DNA of 64,000 nucleotides from an uncultured Bdellovibrio sp. (GTDB lineage Bacteria > Bdellovibrionota > Bdellovibrionia > Bdellovibrionales > Bdellovibrionaceae), in contig CAWVRN010000015.1 in assembly GCA_963932905.1 (NCBI GenBank), positions 1-64,000 of the forward strand. The letters run 5' to 3'. A program made the translations under genes and the position numbers. Under the pieces are notes generated by a model. The model saw only the letters and a program-made list of their open reading frames with translations. It was not told the origin of the DNA and did no database searches. Below are positions 10,770 through 20,491 of the stretch, piece by piece. Every line of letters starts with the position of its first letter. Within the stretch, counting starts at the first letter, position 1.

Positions 10770-11324
10770 GTGCTTGTGAGACAGTCCTATTTGATAGCAT
10801 TACTTCTATTTCTTCCTTTATCGAACTACGCCGTAACAGGGTTTCCCGGCATCAATTTGTCGATTTCGGCCCATCATGAATCCGCTACGACCAAAGACAA
10901 TCAAGTGGATACTACGACCAGTAGCAAAAGTTCCAATATCACTTTTGGTCTTGGCGCAACACTCAATGGCGGCATGTATTTAGGATCTATCTATGATGTG
11001 GCAATTAAAAATGAGGGAAATAACAATTTTCAGGATTCAAATCTTGGATTCAGCGTTGGATTCACAGATCGCGGTGCATACATGACTTACCATCACTTTT
11101 TTAATTCCGTTTATTATTTAGACTCTAATACTAAATATCTAGGCGACGGATACGGTTTTGATTTGGGATTTCAAATGATATTAGGAGAAGGTTTTTCTAT
11201 CGGCGGACAATTTTCTTATAAGAAGACTAATTTAAATAACAAAATTGTTAATGGAGAGACAACGCCAGCCGATTACGGTCGTGAAACAATTTATCCATCA
11301 GTGATTTTAGGTTTCTCGTTTTAA
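10770..11324 (+). CDS. outer-membrane beta-barrel hypothetical protein
   Basis: signal peptide; C-terminal ILGFSF beta-signal. Confidence 0.65.
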   Translation: MLVRQSYLIALLLFLPLSNYAVTGFPGINLSISAHHESATTKDNQVDTTTSSKSSNITFGLGATLNGGMYLGSIYDVAIKNEGNNNFQDSNLGFSVGFTDRGAYMTYHHFFNSVYYLDSNTKYLGDGYGFDLGFQMILGEGFSIGGQFSYKKTNLNNKIVNGETTPADYGRETIYPSVILGFSF

Positions 11325-11377
11325 CAGAACAATGACAACCCGGGCATTAAACGGAGTTGTCAGATTTTTCAAATAAA

Positions 11378-11962
11378 TTATTTTTGAGTAAAATTCTTTT
11401 CAACAAAGTTCCAATTTACTAGTTTCCAAAAAGCACCTAAGAAATCGGGACGTTTGTTACGATAGTCAATGTAGTAAGCGTGTTCCCAAACATCACAAGT
11501 TAGTAGTGGTTTCTTCCCATCGGTCATTGGATTACCGGCATTTGATGTTGAGGTAATTTCAAGACGGCCTTCATTATTTTTCACTAGCCATCCCCAACCG
11601 GCACCAAATTGCTTGATCGAAGCGTCCGAAAATTTTTCTTTGAAATTATCAAATGATCCAAAATCACGTTTGATGGCGTCGGCTATCACACCCGTTGGTT
11701 CACCGCCCGCTTTGGGTGCTAGGCATTCCCAGAAAAATGTGTGATTCCAGATTTGGGCTGCATTATTAAAAATACCACCCGCCGATTTTTTGATAATTGT
11801 TTCTAAATCTTTTCCTTCGAATTCAGTGCCGGGAATAAGCTTATTTAAATTATCAACATAGGTTTTATGATGTTTATCATGATGATACTCTAGGGTTTCC
11901 TTGGACATATAAGGAACCAAGGCATCATGTGGATAAGGAAGTGGTGGAAGTTCAAAAGACAT
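11378..11962 (-). CDS. sodB: superoxide dismutase [Fe]
   Basis: HHDKHH, NNAAQIWNH, DVWEHAYYIDY motifs. Confidence 0.95.
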   Translation of the reverse strand: MSFELPPLPYPHDALVPYMSKETLEYHHDKHHKTYVDNLNKLIPGTEFEGKDLETIIKKSAGGIFNNAAQIWNHTFFWECLAPKAGGEPTGVIADAIKRDFGSFDNFKEKFSDASIKQFGAGWGWLVKNNEGRLEITSTSNAGNPMTDGKKPLLTCDVWEHAYYIDYRNKRPDFLGAFWKLVNWNFVEKNFTQK

Positions 11963-12055
11963 TGTATCTCCTTTACAGATTAAAAATGTGATTTCTCACA
12001 TTAAGGAGATGATAAGACCTCAAGCTAAGTTGAGGTCAAGTCGGTTTTCTGTTTT

Positions 12056-12949
12056 TTAACGAGGCAGGTTTTTAAGATAATCTAAACCGCCTGTAATAGC
12101 GGCAACTTGTGCATCTACACAATTTTGAGCAGTTACTTTAGGACTATCCGGATAGACTTCGGTAGTCGTTGTATATTTAGCATTTGAAAACCCAGCGCAT
12201 AGAAAAAGTTTTTTCAAAGGATAATTAATCACCCCTTCCTGTTCTAACTTTTCACCAATTATGTTTCCGTATTCATCGGCGGGTGCAATATGAGTCACTT
12301 TTTTGACAGACTTAATAACGGCCGCTTGAAATTCAGGGCAGGGATTTTCAGTATCACCTACGGCATAAAATCCATCTGGAATTTCAGACCACGGCTCTTC
12401 TGGTTTTCCATCACGCAAAGCTTTAGCGGGACGAAAAATCGTGTTGTCTGTATCCGTTGTTTCATGCAGATCGAAATGCGCGTACAGATCTTGGCTATAA
12501 GGCGCTACAGCTTTTAGAAATAAATCACATTCTTCGGCGGGACTATTGGGAACAAAGGAACGATTCGGATCAATAGCTTTTGGGTTCCAACGGTTGACGG
12601 TTTCGTAGGCCCATGGACTGATACACGGAGTGCAAACAAAATTAAATTTATCTGAATATTTGAAAGCTTCACGATCCATAAATGCGATCGCGCCGTGAAC
12701 GCCACTGGTTTCATACCCATGAACACCGCCCGTGATTAGGATCGTTTTTTTATTAGGATCAAAGTTTTTAGATTTCACCAGGAACAAGGGGTAGAGTTCT
12801 TTATTCAAAGATAAAGCCCCGTACGGAGTGACTTCAAACTTTGATTTCAATTCTTGGATTTTCGTTACGACTTCTTTTAAGTAAGAACGTTTGACCAGTT
12901 GTTGTTGAAACCAGATTTCCTTTTCTGCTTGTCCCCATGCTGCTGCCAT
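12056..12949 (-). CDS. M14 family metallocarboxypeptidase (ASTE/ASPA-like)
   Basis: GGVHGYE, NR, DLHET, TTEVYP motifs; start moved to ATG 12949 after AGGAG. Confidence 0.85.
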   Translation of the reverse strand: MAAAWGQAEKEIWFQQQLVKRSYLKEVVTKIQELKSKFEVTPYGALSLNKELYPLFLVKSKNFDPNKKTILITGGVHGYETSGVHGAIAFMDREAFKYSDKFNFVCTPCISPWAYETVNRWNPKAIDPNRSFVPNSPAEECDLFLKAVAPYSQDLYAHFDLHETTDTDNTIFRPAKALRDGKPEEPWSEIPDGFYAVGDTENPCPEFQAAVIKSVKKVTHIAPADEYGNIIGEKLEQEGVINYPLKKLFLCAGFSNAKYTTTTEVYPDSPKVTAQNCVDAQVAAITGGLDYLKNLPR

Positions 12950-13168
12950 GAAATCTCCTGTGCTAGCCATAACTTTGCCTAACATAAATGAGGTGATTGG
13001 TATTCGCAAAATATTTCCTATTTAAAACGCATTTTTTCCATAATTAAAAACCATCAGCAGGCCTCGAGGACACATAAAATAATTATTCTTAATTTAAAGA
13101 CTCCGTCCTGAATATCGGACGGAATCTTCTTTTAAAATACGTTTAATTCGATCTGAGTCAAATTTTTC

Positions 13169-13185
13169 TTGGTCTCCCCGTTGCT
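13169..13185 (+). promoter_or_regulatory. putative sigma-54 (-24/-12) promoter of the RiPP-like locus
   Basis: TTGG-TCTCCCCGTT-GCT: GG(13171-72)-N10-GC(13183-84), about 45 nt upstream of the small ORF. Confidence 0.55.
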
Positions 13186-13227
13186 TTTGTGACTACTCGG
13201 CAATCAAGCCAACGCAAAGGGGAACTT

Positions 13228-13350
13228 ATGCAATTAGAAATCAATCTTGAAACTGTGAGCCTGTCTTCGGTTGAATCTGAACGAATTCAAATTATTGAAG
13301 CAGAACTAGCTCAGACGGAATGTCACTTGGTGATGTTAGTTCTTGAGTAA
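13228..13350 (+). CDS. putative RiPP precursor peptide, 40 aa (MQLEINLETVSLSSVESERIQIIEAELAQTECHLVMLVLE)
   Basis: hand-translated; AAGGGGAA RBS; directly upstream of HExxH enzyme; below ORF-track length cutoff. Confidence 0.7.
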   Translation: MQLEINLETVSLSSVESERIQIIEAELAQTECHLVMLVLE

Positions 13351-13356
13351 ATAAAT

Positions 13357-13384
13357 AAGGCCGATAGATAGATCTATCGGCCTT
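13357..13384 (+). terminator. perfect stem-loop between precursor and modifying enzyme (partial terminator or mRNA stabiliser)
   Basis: AAGGCCGATAGA-TAGA-TCTATCGGCCTT. Confidence 0.7.
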
Positions 13385-13402
13385 TCACTTTCAGGGGAAG
13401 GT

Positions 13403-14245
13403 ATGTATTACACTTTGGGATTTAAAAGAAATATCGAAAATTGTGTTAAACTGATCTCAACAAAAGAAACTAATAAATTTAATTCATTATTAGATATAAA
13501 ATCCGCACTAGCTCGATATATCGATCAGGTTCAACCGCAAAACAGAATCTCTTTTCCAATAGATGATTTGCCGGTTTTAATTTTTTCTTTAGATCAAAAA
13601 GCAATCCTGGCCAGTGCATTCTGTGTCCGGTCTCAATTAAACGACTTAGCGCAGGCATCTATGATTGAAGAACTCGTGGTTCCTGACGAGGAAGTCTATC
13701 AACAACGTCTTCTTGATGCTATTCGCCTGATAGAAACCCAAAATCTGGAACTGGCATCATTAATTAAAATTATTTTTCGCTACACTTTTTTTGGCAAATC
13801 TTCAAAAGCACATGGAGGATCGTCTTCGAACGCACTAGGTGTATTGTGGTTAAATCCTAGTGATAAGTGGACCATTCAAGACTATTGTGAATTCATTGTC
13901 CACGAATTAACTCACCAACTCTTATTTTTAGATGAACGTATCTATGGTCATTATTCTCAATATCCAAAAATTTCCTTAAAAGAAAACTTTGCGTTTTCAA
14001 CAATCCTTAAACGATCTCGCCCACTAGATAAAGTAATTCATAGCTATTTTGTCGGCCTAAATGTTTTAAGTTATCGCAAAGAAAACTGGAATAATGAAAA
14101 TGCTTCCTACATACTTCATCCACCGATCGATCAGCTATTGCAAGGATTAGAAGATACGCGCAATTCTTTGACTTCAACTCACTGGTCGCTGATGACTGCT
14201 CGGGTGAGCGAGCTTTTTGAGGAACCTTATGCTAGAGCTATTTAA
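13403..14245 (+). CDS. standalone aKG-HExxH-type peptide-modifying enzyme (putative beta-hydroxylase)
   Basis: GGSSS..LG.LW, IVHELTHQLL and KRSRPLDKVIHS motifs matching the HExxH...RP....H pattern. Confidence 0.7.
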   Translation: MYYTLGFKRNIENCVKLISTKETNKFNSLLDIKSALARYIDQVQPQNRISFPIDDLPVLIFSLDQKAILASAFCVRSQLNDLAQASMIEELVVPDEEVYQQRLLDAIRLIETQNLELASLIKIIFRYTFFGKSSKAHGGSSSNALGVLWLNPSDKWTIQDYCEFIVHELTHQLLFLDERIYGHYSQYPKISLKENFAFSTILKRSRPLDKVIHSYFVGLNVLSYRKENWNNENASYILHPPIDQLLQGLEDTRNSLTSTHWSLMTARVSELFEEPYARAI

Positions 14246-15596
14246 AATAAAACACGGTAAATACATGCTGATTAGTTTTACCCTGCAGCAGATCTGTGCG
14301 GCGGCTACGTCGTGGGCGTTGGTCGATTTTATTAAAGACGTTTCCAATCCTGAAACTTTTCACGTGTCCAAGATTTTGGTTTTGATTTTGATCGCTATAT
14401 CACCTTATCTGCCTGGGTTTGTGGGAAATTACTTCTATCATATGTGGACCACTTTTGCGCGTTCAGCAAATGTGAAACTTTTTGCGGATTTGATCGATGG
14501 CAGAAAAGCGTGGGTATTTAACACCAAACAACGCGACGATGTCTTTGCCTTGCAACGTGAACATATAGGCTTGATAGAAGAAACGACGCGATTCCTATTC
14601 TTGAACTTCCCGGCTATGCTAAGTTTGGTTTTCAATTCGATTGCGATCGGTTTTCTGTTAGGGCAAGATATTATTTTGGGGATGATTGCTGGTTTTGTTA
14701 TTTCGGCGTTTCAGTTTTTCTTAGCACCTTACTTGACTGAAAAGAAGCAGAAACAAAAGCAAGAAACTCAATATGAAACTGAAAAGTCATTGCTAGGTTC
14801 TTGGCAGACATTGACTTTGAAAAACAAACCATTCTATCAGACGTCTCTTCAAACTATTTCAGGTCACACGAACACCACTGAATCGCTTGCTTCTGGAATT
14901 TATAGAATCGAAGCCCTGGCAAATATATTAGTTTTGATCGCATCATTCATTCCTATAACTTGGATTCTATTCGTTAAATTTAACAGCAGACAATTAGATC
15001 AAGTATTTCTAATGTCTTTAGGTGTTTTGCTTCCACGCATTCTGCAGATTTTTAATATGAGTTCAAATTTAATTCTAGCGGGACAAGCGCTGCAAGCCCT
15101 CAGAATTAAATGGCGATCATTCGAAGAACGCCTATCAAAGCATTACACTGTCGAGCGATTAGAAGATAGAAATACGGGAAAATTAATTTCCATTATTGAT
15201 ACTAAGACAAACCTGTCGTCACCGATTGAGGATATTCTGGCTGCCAACGCTCGAGGTAGATATCTAGTGTCGGGACCAAATGGCAGCGGCAAATCAACAC
15301 TATGCTTGAGTCTTAAGGGCGATAAAGAAAATATTTTCTATCTACCTGCTAAATATGAAAACCCACATCTCGACATCAAAGGATCAACCGGACAACTCAA
15401 GCTTGCCGAGTTAAAATGGCTAGCTGAAAACCGATCGCTCTATTCGATGGTATTATTAGACGAATGGGATGCTAACTTAGACGCCGAAGCCACTGCTATT
15501 GGCGATTCTACAATTCAAAGCATCGCAGAAAACTGTCTAGTATTTGAAGTCCGTCACAAAACAACCGCTACTGAGCCGATTTCAAAAACTCGGTAA
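14229..15596 (+). CDS. ABC exporter (TMD plus short, degenerate NBD)
   Basis: several TM segments, then GPNGSGKST Walker A, STGQ signature, LLDEWDANLD Walker B; overlaps upstream gene. Confidence 0.75.
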   Translation: MLELFKIKHGKYMLISFTLQQICAAATSWALVDFIKDVSNPETFHVSKILVLILIAISPYLPGFVGNYFYHMWTTFARSANVKLFADLIDGRKAWVFNTKQRDDVFALQREHIGLIEETTRFLFLNFPAMLSLVFNSIAIGFLLGQDIILGMIAGFVISAFQFFLAPYLTEKKQKQKQETQYETEKSLLGSWQTLTLKNKPFYQTSLQTISGHTNTTESLASGIYRIEALANILVLIASFIPITWILFVKFNSRQLDQVFLMSLGVLLPRILQIFNMSSNLILAGQALQALRIKWRSFEERLSKHYTVERLEDRNTGKLISIIDTKTNLSSPIEDILAANARGRYLVSGPNGSGKSTLCLSLKGDKENIFYLPAKYENPHLDIKGSTGQLKLAELKWLAENRSLYSMVLLDEWDANLDAEATAIGDSTIQSIAENCLVFEVRHKTTATEPISKTR

Positions 15597-16431
15597 TAAT
15601 TGTCAAACTAGCTTGCGCCATCTCGGGCGAACTGTTTGAAACATCACCGATAAAATTATCGTGAGGTCCTGGCAACACGGCAAATCGGCCTTTCGGTAAC
15701 AGTCGTGTTACTTGAATTCCGTGTTCAACACTGGCTACGTCTTGATCGGTTTGCATGATCAACACCGGAATTTGAACTTTCTGAATTGATTTTGTTGGGA
15801 CGTCTTTAAATTCTTTCATTCGTGTTGAATCAAATTTGAACATTTTCACTAGATCGCTAGGCTTAGGCGAATTTTTTAAATAGGCATCTTTTAATTCTTG
15901 AGGCATATCGTTCAATGAAGATTTATCCATGGCTTGCCAGAACTGTTTCGGTGCCCCACTGCGGCTGTATAGCCCCGAACCTAAAACCATTTTTTTCAAA
16001 ACGTCGGGATGACGAATGGCAATGTACATTCCCGTCGTCGCGCCGTTACTGAAACCAAGAAACAGGGCGTTTTCAATTTTTAATTGCTTTAAGGCCGCAG
16101 CAATATCATCAGCCGTATTTTCAAAACCAAATGCTCTATCGGTAGCTGGCGATTTTCCATGTCCTTGTTCATCAAATGCAATAACTTTGAAATTCTTTGC
16201 TAATGTGGCGATTCCTTTTCCAAAACTGACGTGAATGTCAGAACCACCACCATGCAACAACACTAGTGGTTGGCCTGACCCGTACATTTCGTAATACAGG
16301 TCAGTACCGTTTACAGAAACATAGCCGCTTTGGCTAGGAACTAACTTGGAAAATTCTGTTTTTGTAGATTGAGACTTAGTTGCGCACGCAATGATTGAAA
16401 GAACGAAAATTGAAAGAATAAGTTTTATCAT
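15568..16431 (-). CDS. alpha/beta hydrolase, probable lipoprotein
   Basis: LLHGG, GFSNG nucleophile elbow; IIAC lipobox. Confidence 0.85.
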   Translation of the reverse strand: MIKLILSIFVLSIIACATKSQSTKTEFSKLVPSQSGYVSVNGTDLYYEMYGSGQPLVLLHGGGSDIHVSFGKGIATLAKNFKVIAFDEQGHGKSPATDRAFGFENTADDIAAALKQLKIENALFLGFSNGATTGMYIAIRHPDVLKKMVLGSGLYSRSGAPKQFWQAMDKSSLNDMPQELKDAYLKNSPKPSDLVKMFKFDSTRMKEFKDVPTKSIQKVQIPVLIMQTDQDVASVEHGIQVTRLLPKGRFAVLPGPHDNFIGDVSNSSPEMAQASLTIITEFLKSAQ

Positions 16432-16632
16432 AAATCCTCTTTGAGAAAATTTCTCACATTATAAAAATAAATTCAAAGAGAAATGCAATTTGTTGAATTT
16501 GTTGAACTATGGGACTCTAAGTACTAACGCGTAAATAAATCTCGTTATCCTTAGTCTCCATCCAGTTAAGCGGAGTTTCGGTTACTTTGAAATTAAATTT
16601 CTTATACAGTTCGTGGGTGTTCTTTTTTATAT

Positions 16633-17223
16633 TTGCCAAAAATCGTTTCCATAAAACATCCCTTGTTTAAAGACCCCATGGCAAAGCTTCTTATTGGAGA
16701 ACGCGGGGAACAGATTGCGGCACATTTTAACGAAACCACGGCACATACCGAATTCAATGTTTTAATACGCACTGTAATTATCGATCGCCATAAGCGCAAG
16801 AATATGCTCAGCGAAATTGGGAAACAATATACTCATATCGTCGTCCTTACCGAAGGCGTTTTACCTTACCTAACTCAAGAACAGGTCGCTGAGTTAGCCG
16901 AAGATCTGCTATCTGAACCTAATATAAAAAATTGGATCGCCGACTACATTTCTCCTGTCGTTTATAAATATTTGAAGGAAAGCAAACGTGCCGCCAAAAT
17001 AAAGAATGCTCCATTTCAATTTTATCCACCAGATTGGTTTGGATTCTTTAGCGCCAAAGGTTGGGATGTCGATACAATTCAATACTTACCAGAAGAGGGA
17101 CAGAAACTAGGTCGCTCGATGCCAGCGCCTTTCATTGCTAAACTGATAGGTCCATTCTTAAGTAAAGCCACTAAAGAAAAATTTATGCGCACGTCGGGTT
17201 ACATGATCATGAAGCGAAAATAA
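16633..17223 (+). pseudogene. degenerate LCM-type (class I SAM) methyltransferase
   Basis: F.DP.A.LL.GERG, RT.IID and LTEGVLPYL motifs present, but the LGAGLD SAM-binding segment and normal N-terminus are absent. Confidence 0.6.
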
Positions 17224-18069
17224 TTACAGCGTAAAACTAGCGAGTCTAACTAACTCGCGGCCCGCTCTGTTCGCCAAAACATCTCTTCGATACGCAACAA
17301 ATATTTTATCTTCGAAAATAGGTAATTTGGAATCATACGGTACCAAATCCGCGCCATCAGCCTTAGCTACGCGTTCGGGAAGAATACCCACGCCCTGTCC
17401 TGCTAATGTCAGCGTTCTGATTAGCTCTAGACTGTTGCTGTTGACAAGCTGCCAATCATGAAATTCTTTTGCGTGTGTTTTTCCTAAGATACTTTGAATC
17501 TGCATCATATTCGCGTCTGCGAATATTTTTTTGGGAACATTCACAGTATCGCGAGCACGCCAGAATAAAACACGATCATCGCCCATTTTTTTTAATATTA
17601 AATCAGGATGCCGTACTGGATTTACAACAAATCCAAGATCAATATCGTAAGACACAACACGCTCGGTAATTTTTCTAGAAAAATCGTGAACCAAATCAAT
17701 ATCAATCCCAGGAGCTTCCTTGTGCAAACCTTCAAGAAATCGTGGCAATGTATACGCGCCTACACTTTGATGGCAGCCAATTTTAAAGTGACCTTGTATA
17801 TTTTCCATCGACTGACCTAAATCATGATGAAGATCATTCCAAGAATCTAATAACCCATGGGCTTTTTTATAGAACAATGTTCCTTGGTCAGTCGCGACCA
17901 CGCCTTGCTTTGTTCGGTGAAATAATTTTACACCCAGCTTCTCTTCCAAGCGCTGCAGACTCAGTGTTAAAGTCGGCTGGGTTACACCAAGCCTGATTGC
18001 AGACTTGGAAACATGTCGAGTTTGATAGACTTCAATAAAATATTCGATTTCGGTCGGTGTCGCTAACAT
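17224..18069 (-). CDS. LysR family transcriptional regulator
   Basis: SKSA.RLGVTQPTLT..LQRLE..LG..LF.R HTH. Confidence 0.9.
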   Translation of the reverse strand: MLATPTEIEYFIEVYQTRHVSKSAIRLGVTQPTLTLSLQRLEEKLGVKLFHRTKQGVVATDQGTLFYKKAHGLLDSWNDLHHDLGQSMENIQGHFKIGCHQSVGAYTLPRFLEGLHKEAPGIDIDLVHDFSRKITERVVSYDIDLGFVVNPVRHPDLILKKMGDDRVLFWRARDTVNVPKKIFADANMMQIQSILGKTHAKEFHDWQLVNSNSLELIRTLTLAGQGVGILPERVAKADGADLVPYDSKLPIFEDKIFVAYRRDVLANRAGRELVRLASFTL

Positions 18070-18218
18070 ATAAGTACGCTATCACACGATATTCAGTTTT
18101 GGAAATGGACGTCGATTTAACGTTACCTGCCAAATCAACGCATACAAAATTAAGCTCGCAGCTGCATAGGGTAGATTTCTAGGATCTAATCCACTTTCGA
18201 TCGCGATTCCCCCAAGGG

Positions 18219-19658
18219 TCATAATAACGACTCGGGAAAAAGTGATTCAATTTTATCTAATGACGTTACCGATTGGATGTAGGAATCGGGGCGCACAAGA
18301 ATAGCTAGATTTTTATATAGAGAACTCTTTGTCCACACATCCCTATCAGAACTCGAGCCAACACGAATAACGCTCACTGACTTCGATGTATTTAATTCTA
18401 CGTTAGCATCTCCAAATACAAACAAAGTAAATCGTGAATAATCAAGTAACGAATATAATCTAGTTTTTTCGTTCCCTTGAAACACTTCGAAGTCAAACAA
18501 CCTTGAACCACAAGGACCCTGTTTACCATAACGAATTCCCATCCCCGTGATGTTGCCAGAGCGTTTCTGAACGATGTTTACATAGTCTTGCGCATGAGTT
18601 CCCTTTTCAGAATACTTTGTCGAACGAACCAGTTCACCCGAGGATTCAATCACACTTTGAGCCACTGGTTTACGTTCACTTTCATAGCTATTTAGGATGT
18701 CTTTCGAAGCACCTGATTTTAAAACCAATCCCAGTTTCCACATCAGATTAAATGCGTCGGCAAGTCCCGTGTTTAATCCCTGTCCACCATTCACCGAATG
18801 AACGTGGCACGCATCACCGGCTAAGAAAACGCGATCGTTAACAAAAAATTTCTCGGCCACCGATTCCTTCACAGAAAACTGGGAAAACCAAACGACTTCT
18901 TTAAATTTCAATCTGTGAGGTTTCATCGCTCGATTAATTTTTGCTAAAGCATCTTCAAACGTAAAGTCTTTGGTATCCATTCTAATATAAAAACGATCGA
19001 TGTTACCTTCTCTAGGTATCCAAGCCACATCTGATGTTTCAGCTTGGAATACAATGATTTCGGGAACTTTTTGAAAATCAGTTTCGATAACGCCGTCAAT
19101 AACTGCCCAAATGATCTGCGGTCGTACGATTTCAAAAGGCACTTTAAATAGTTTACGGACAAACGAGCGTGATCCGTCGGCACCAATAACATAGCTAGAT
19201 TGAATTCTTTGACCGCCTGATAACGTTGTCAGACAGCCCTCTGCATTCACTTCGATATTTTCCACGGAAGTAGAACGTTTCACAGGTGCCGATGTTTCAT
19301 TAAGTTTACGATCTAATAGTTTCTCTACATAAGACTGCCCGATCATCAGGAAATGTTTGTGGAGACAGCCTTCAAGACTATCCCACCAGGATGACTGACG
19401 CGAAAGAAATCTACCGTCCGCCCATACTGAACTTGTATTGCATGGTTTTCCAAGTGGGTACAGGTCATCAAACAAACCCGCAACTTCCATCAATTGCAAC
19501 GTTCTCGCGTTCAAAGCATCGGCTCGGCCGACCTCTAGCGGTCCATCTGACTTATCCACAACGACAACACTTAATCCACATTGCAGCCCTAAGTACGCAC
19601 TCATTAATCCTACCGGTCCGGCACCCACAATAACGATGTCTACATTTTGAATACTCAT
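18219..19658 (-). CDS. FAD-dependent monooxygenase (PheA/TfdB family)
   Basis: GAGPVG, GADGSRS, LAGDACH.HS..GGQGLNTG motifs. Confidence 0.9.
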   Translation of the reverse strand: MSIQNVDIVIVGAGPVGLMSAYLGLQCGLSVVVVDKSDGPLEVGRADALNARTLQLMEVAGLFDDLYPLGKPCNTSSVWADGRFLSRQSSWWDSLEGCLHKHFLMIGQSYVEKLLDRKLNETSAPVKRSTSVENIEVNAEGCLTTLSGGQRIQSSYVIGADGSRSFVRKLFKVPFEIVRPQIIWAVIDGVIETDFQKVPEIIVFQAETSDVAWIPREGNIDRFYIRMDTKDFTFEDALAKINRAMKPHRLKFKEVVWFSQFSVKESVAEKFFVNDRVFLAGDACHVHSVNGGQGLNTGLADAFNLMWKLGLVLKSGASKDILNSYESERKPVAQSVIESSGELVRSTKYSEKGTHAQDYVNIVQKRSGNITGMGIRYGKQGPCGSRLFDFEVFQGNEKTRLYSLLDYSRFTLFVFGDANVELNTSKSVSVIRVGSSSDRDVWTKSSLYKNLAILVRPDSYIQSVTSLDKIESLFPESLL

Positions 19659-20491
19659 TTGTGACTCACTAACCGCGGATTATCTAGCGGAGGATTGCTT
19701 AACACATGCACACGTTGCAAATGACGAGGAGCCTTGGTTTCAAACCCTTCACGTCCATGCAGCAGAGAAAAGTTGTCAGAAACTACAACATCACCTTCTT
19801 GCCATTCGTGGGCATAGAAATTTTCTGGCGCATAGAGAGCCTCTTTTAATGTAGAATGAAATTTTTCAACGTCATTGCCGTTTACGCCCGTAAATTCCAA
19901 AGTCGGTGGATTTACGAAATTTCCAAAACCCGCGCTGGGCGGCTCGTTGTAGCGAATCACAGAGTGACCACGTAAGGGATGTGTATCGATCACTGGCGAC
20001 ACCGTGGTACTGTCATAGAATTCCATTTTACGCTGATATTTGCCGGTGACCTTGTTCCATAAATTTTTTACTTCGGCCGACGCTTTTTCTAAGGCCTGTA
20101 CTGTATCTGAAAATGTTGTCCGCCCACCTTGTCCTGCTTTGGGTGCTTTCACACAGTGAAACAACTGAAATTCAGGAACTTGCGGACGATACATTCCATC
20201 CCAATGCAGGGGAACATAGTTATTATCAAAAATGTGATCCTCTGGGTTGTTACGTTCTACTAATTCAAGAACTTTACCAAAAGGCCATACACTGATTTCA
20301 CCCCAGTGTTCGCAGTAATTAGCGAAATCATCAGCGCCTGAAAATGTATGAAAGCCTCTTAGTACAAGCAAACGTTCATTCCAAACTAGATCACGAAGCA
20401 TTTTCACATCAACGTCACGAACATCTTCATTAATTCCACGTGCCTCAACAATAACGCCAAACGGTTTATTGGGTTTGATATCAGGCTTCAC
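19655..20491 (-). CDS. TauD/TfdA Fe/2-oxoglutarate oxygenase, IsnB/PvcB-like
   Basis: PLHWDG, GGRTTF, HEW..GDVV..DNF.LLHGRE; adjacent to isonitrile synthase. Confidence 0.85.
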   Translation of the reverse strand: MKPDIKPNKPFGVIVEARGINEDVRDVDVKMLRDLVWNERLLVLRGFHTFSGADDFANYCEHWGEISVWPFGKVLELVERNNPEDHIFDNNYVPLHWDGMYRPQVPEFQLFHCVKAPKAGQGGRTTFSDTVQALEKASAEVKNLWNKVTGKYQRKMEFYDSTTVSPVIDTHPLRGHSVIRYNEPPSAGFGNFVNPPTLEFTGVNGNDVEKFHSTLKEALYAPENFYAHEWQEGDVVVSDNFSLLHGREGFETKAPRHLQRVHVLSNPPLDNPRLVSHK

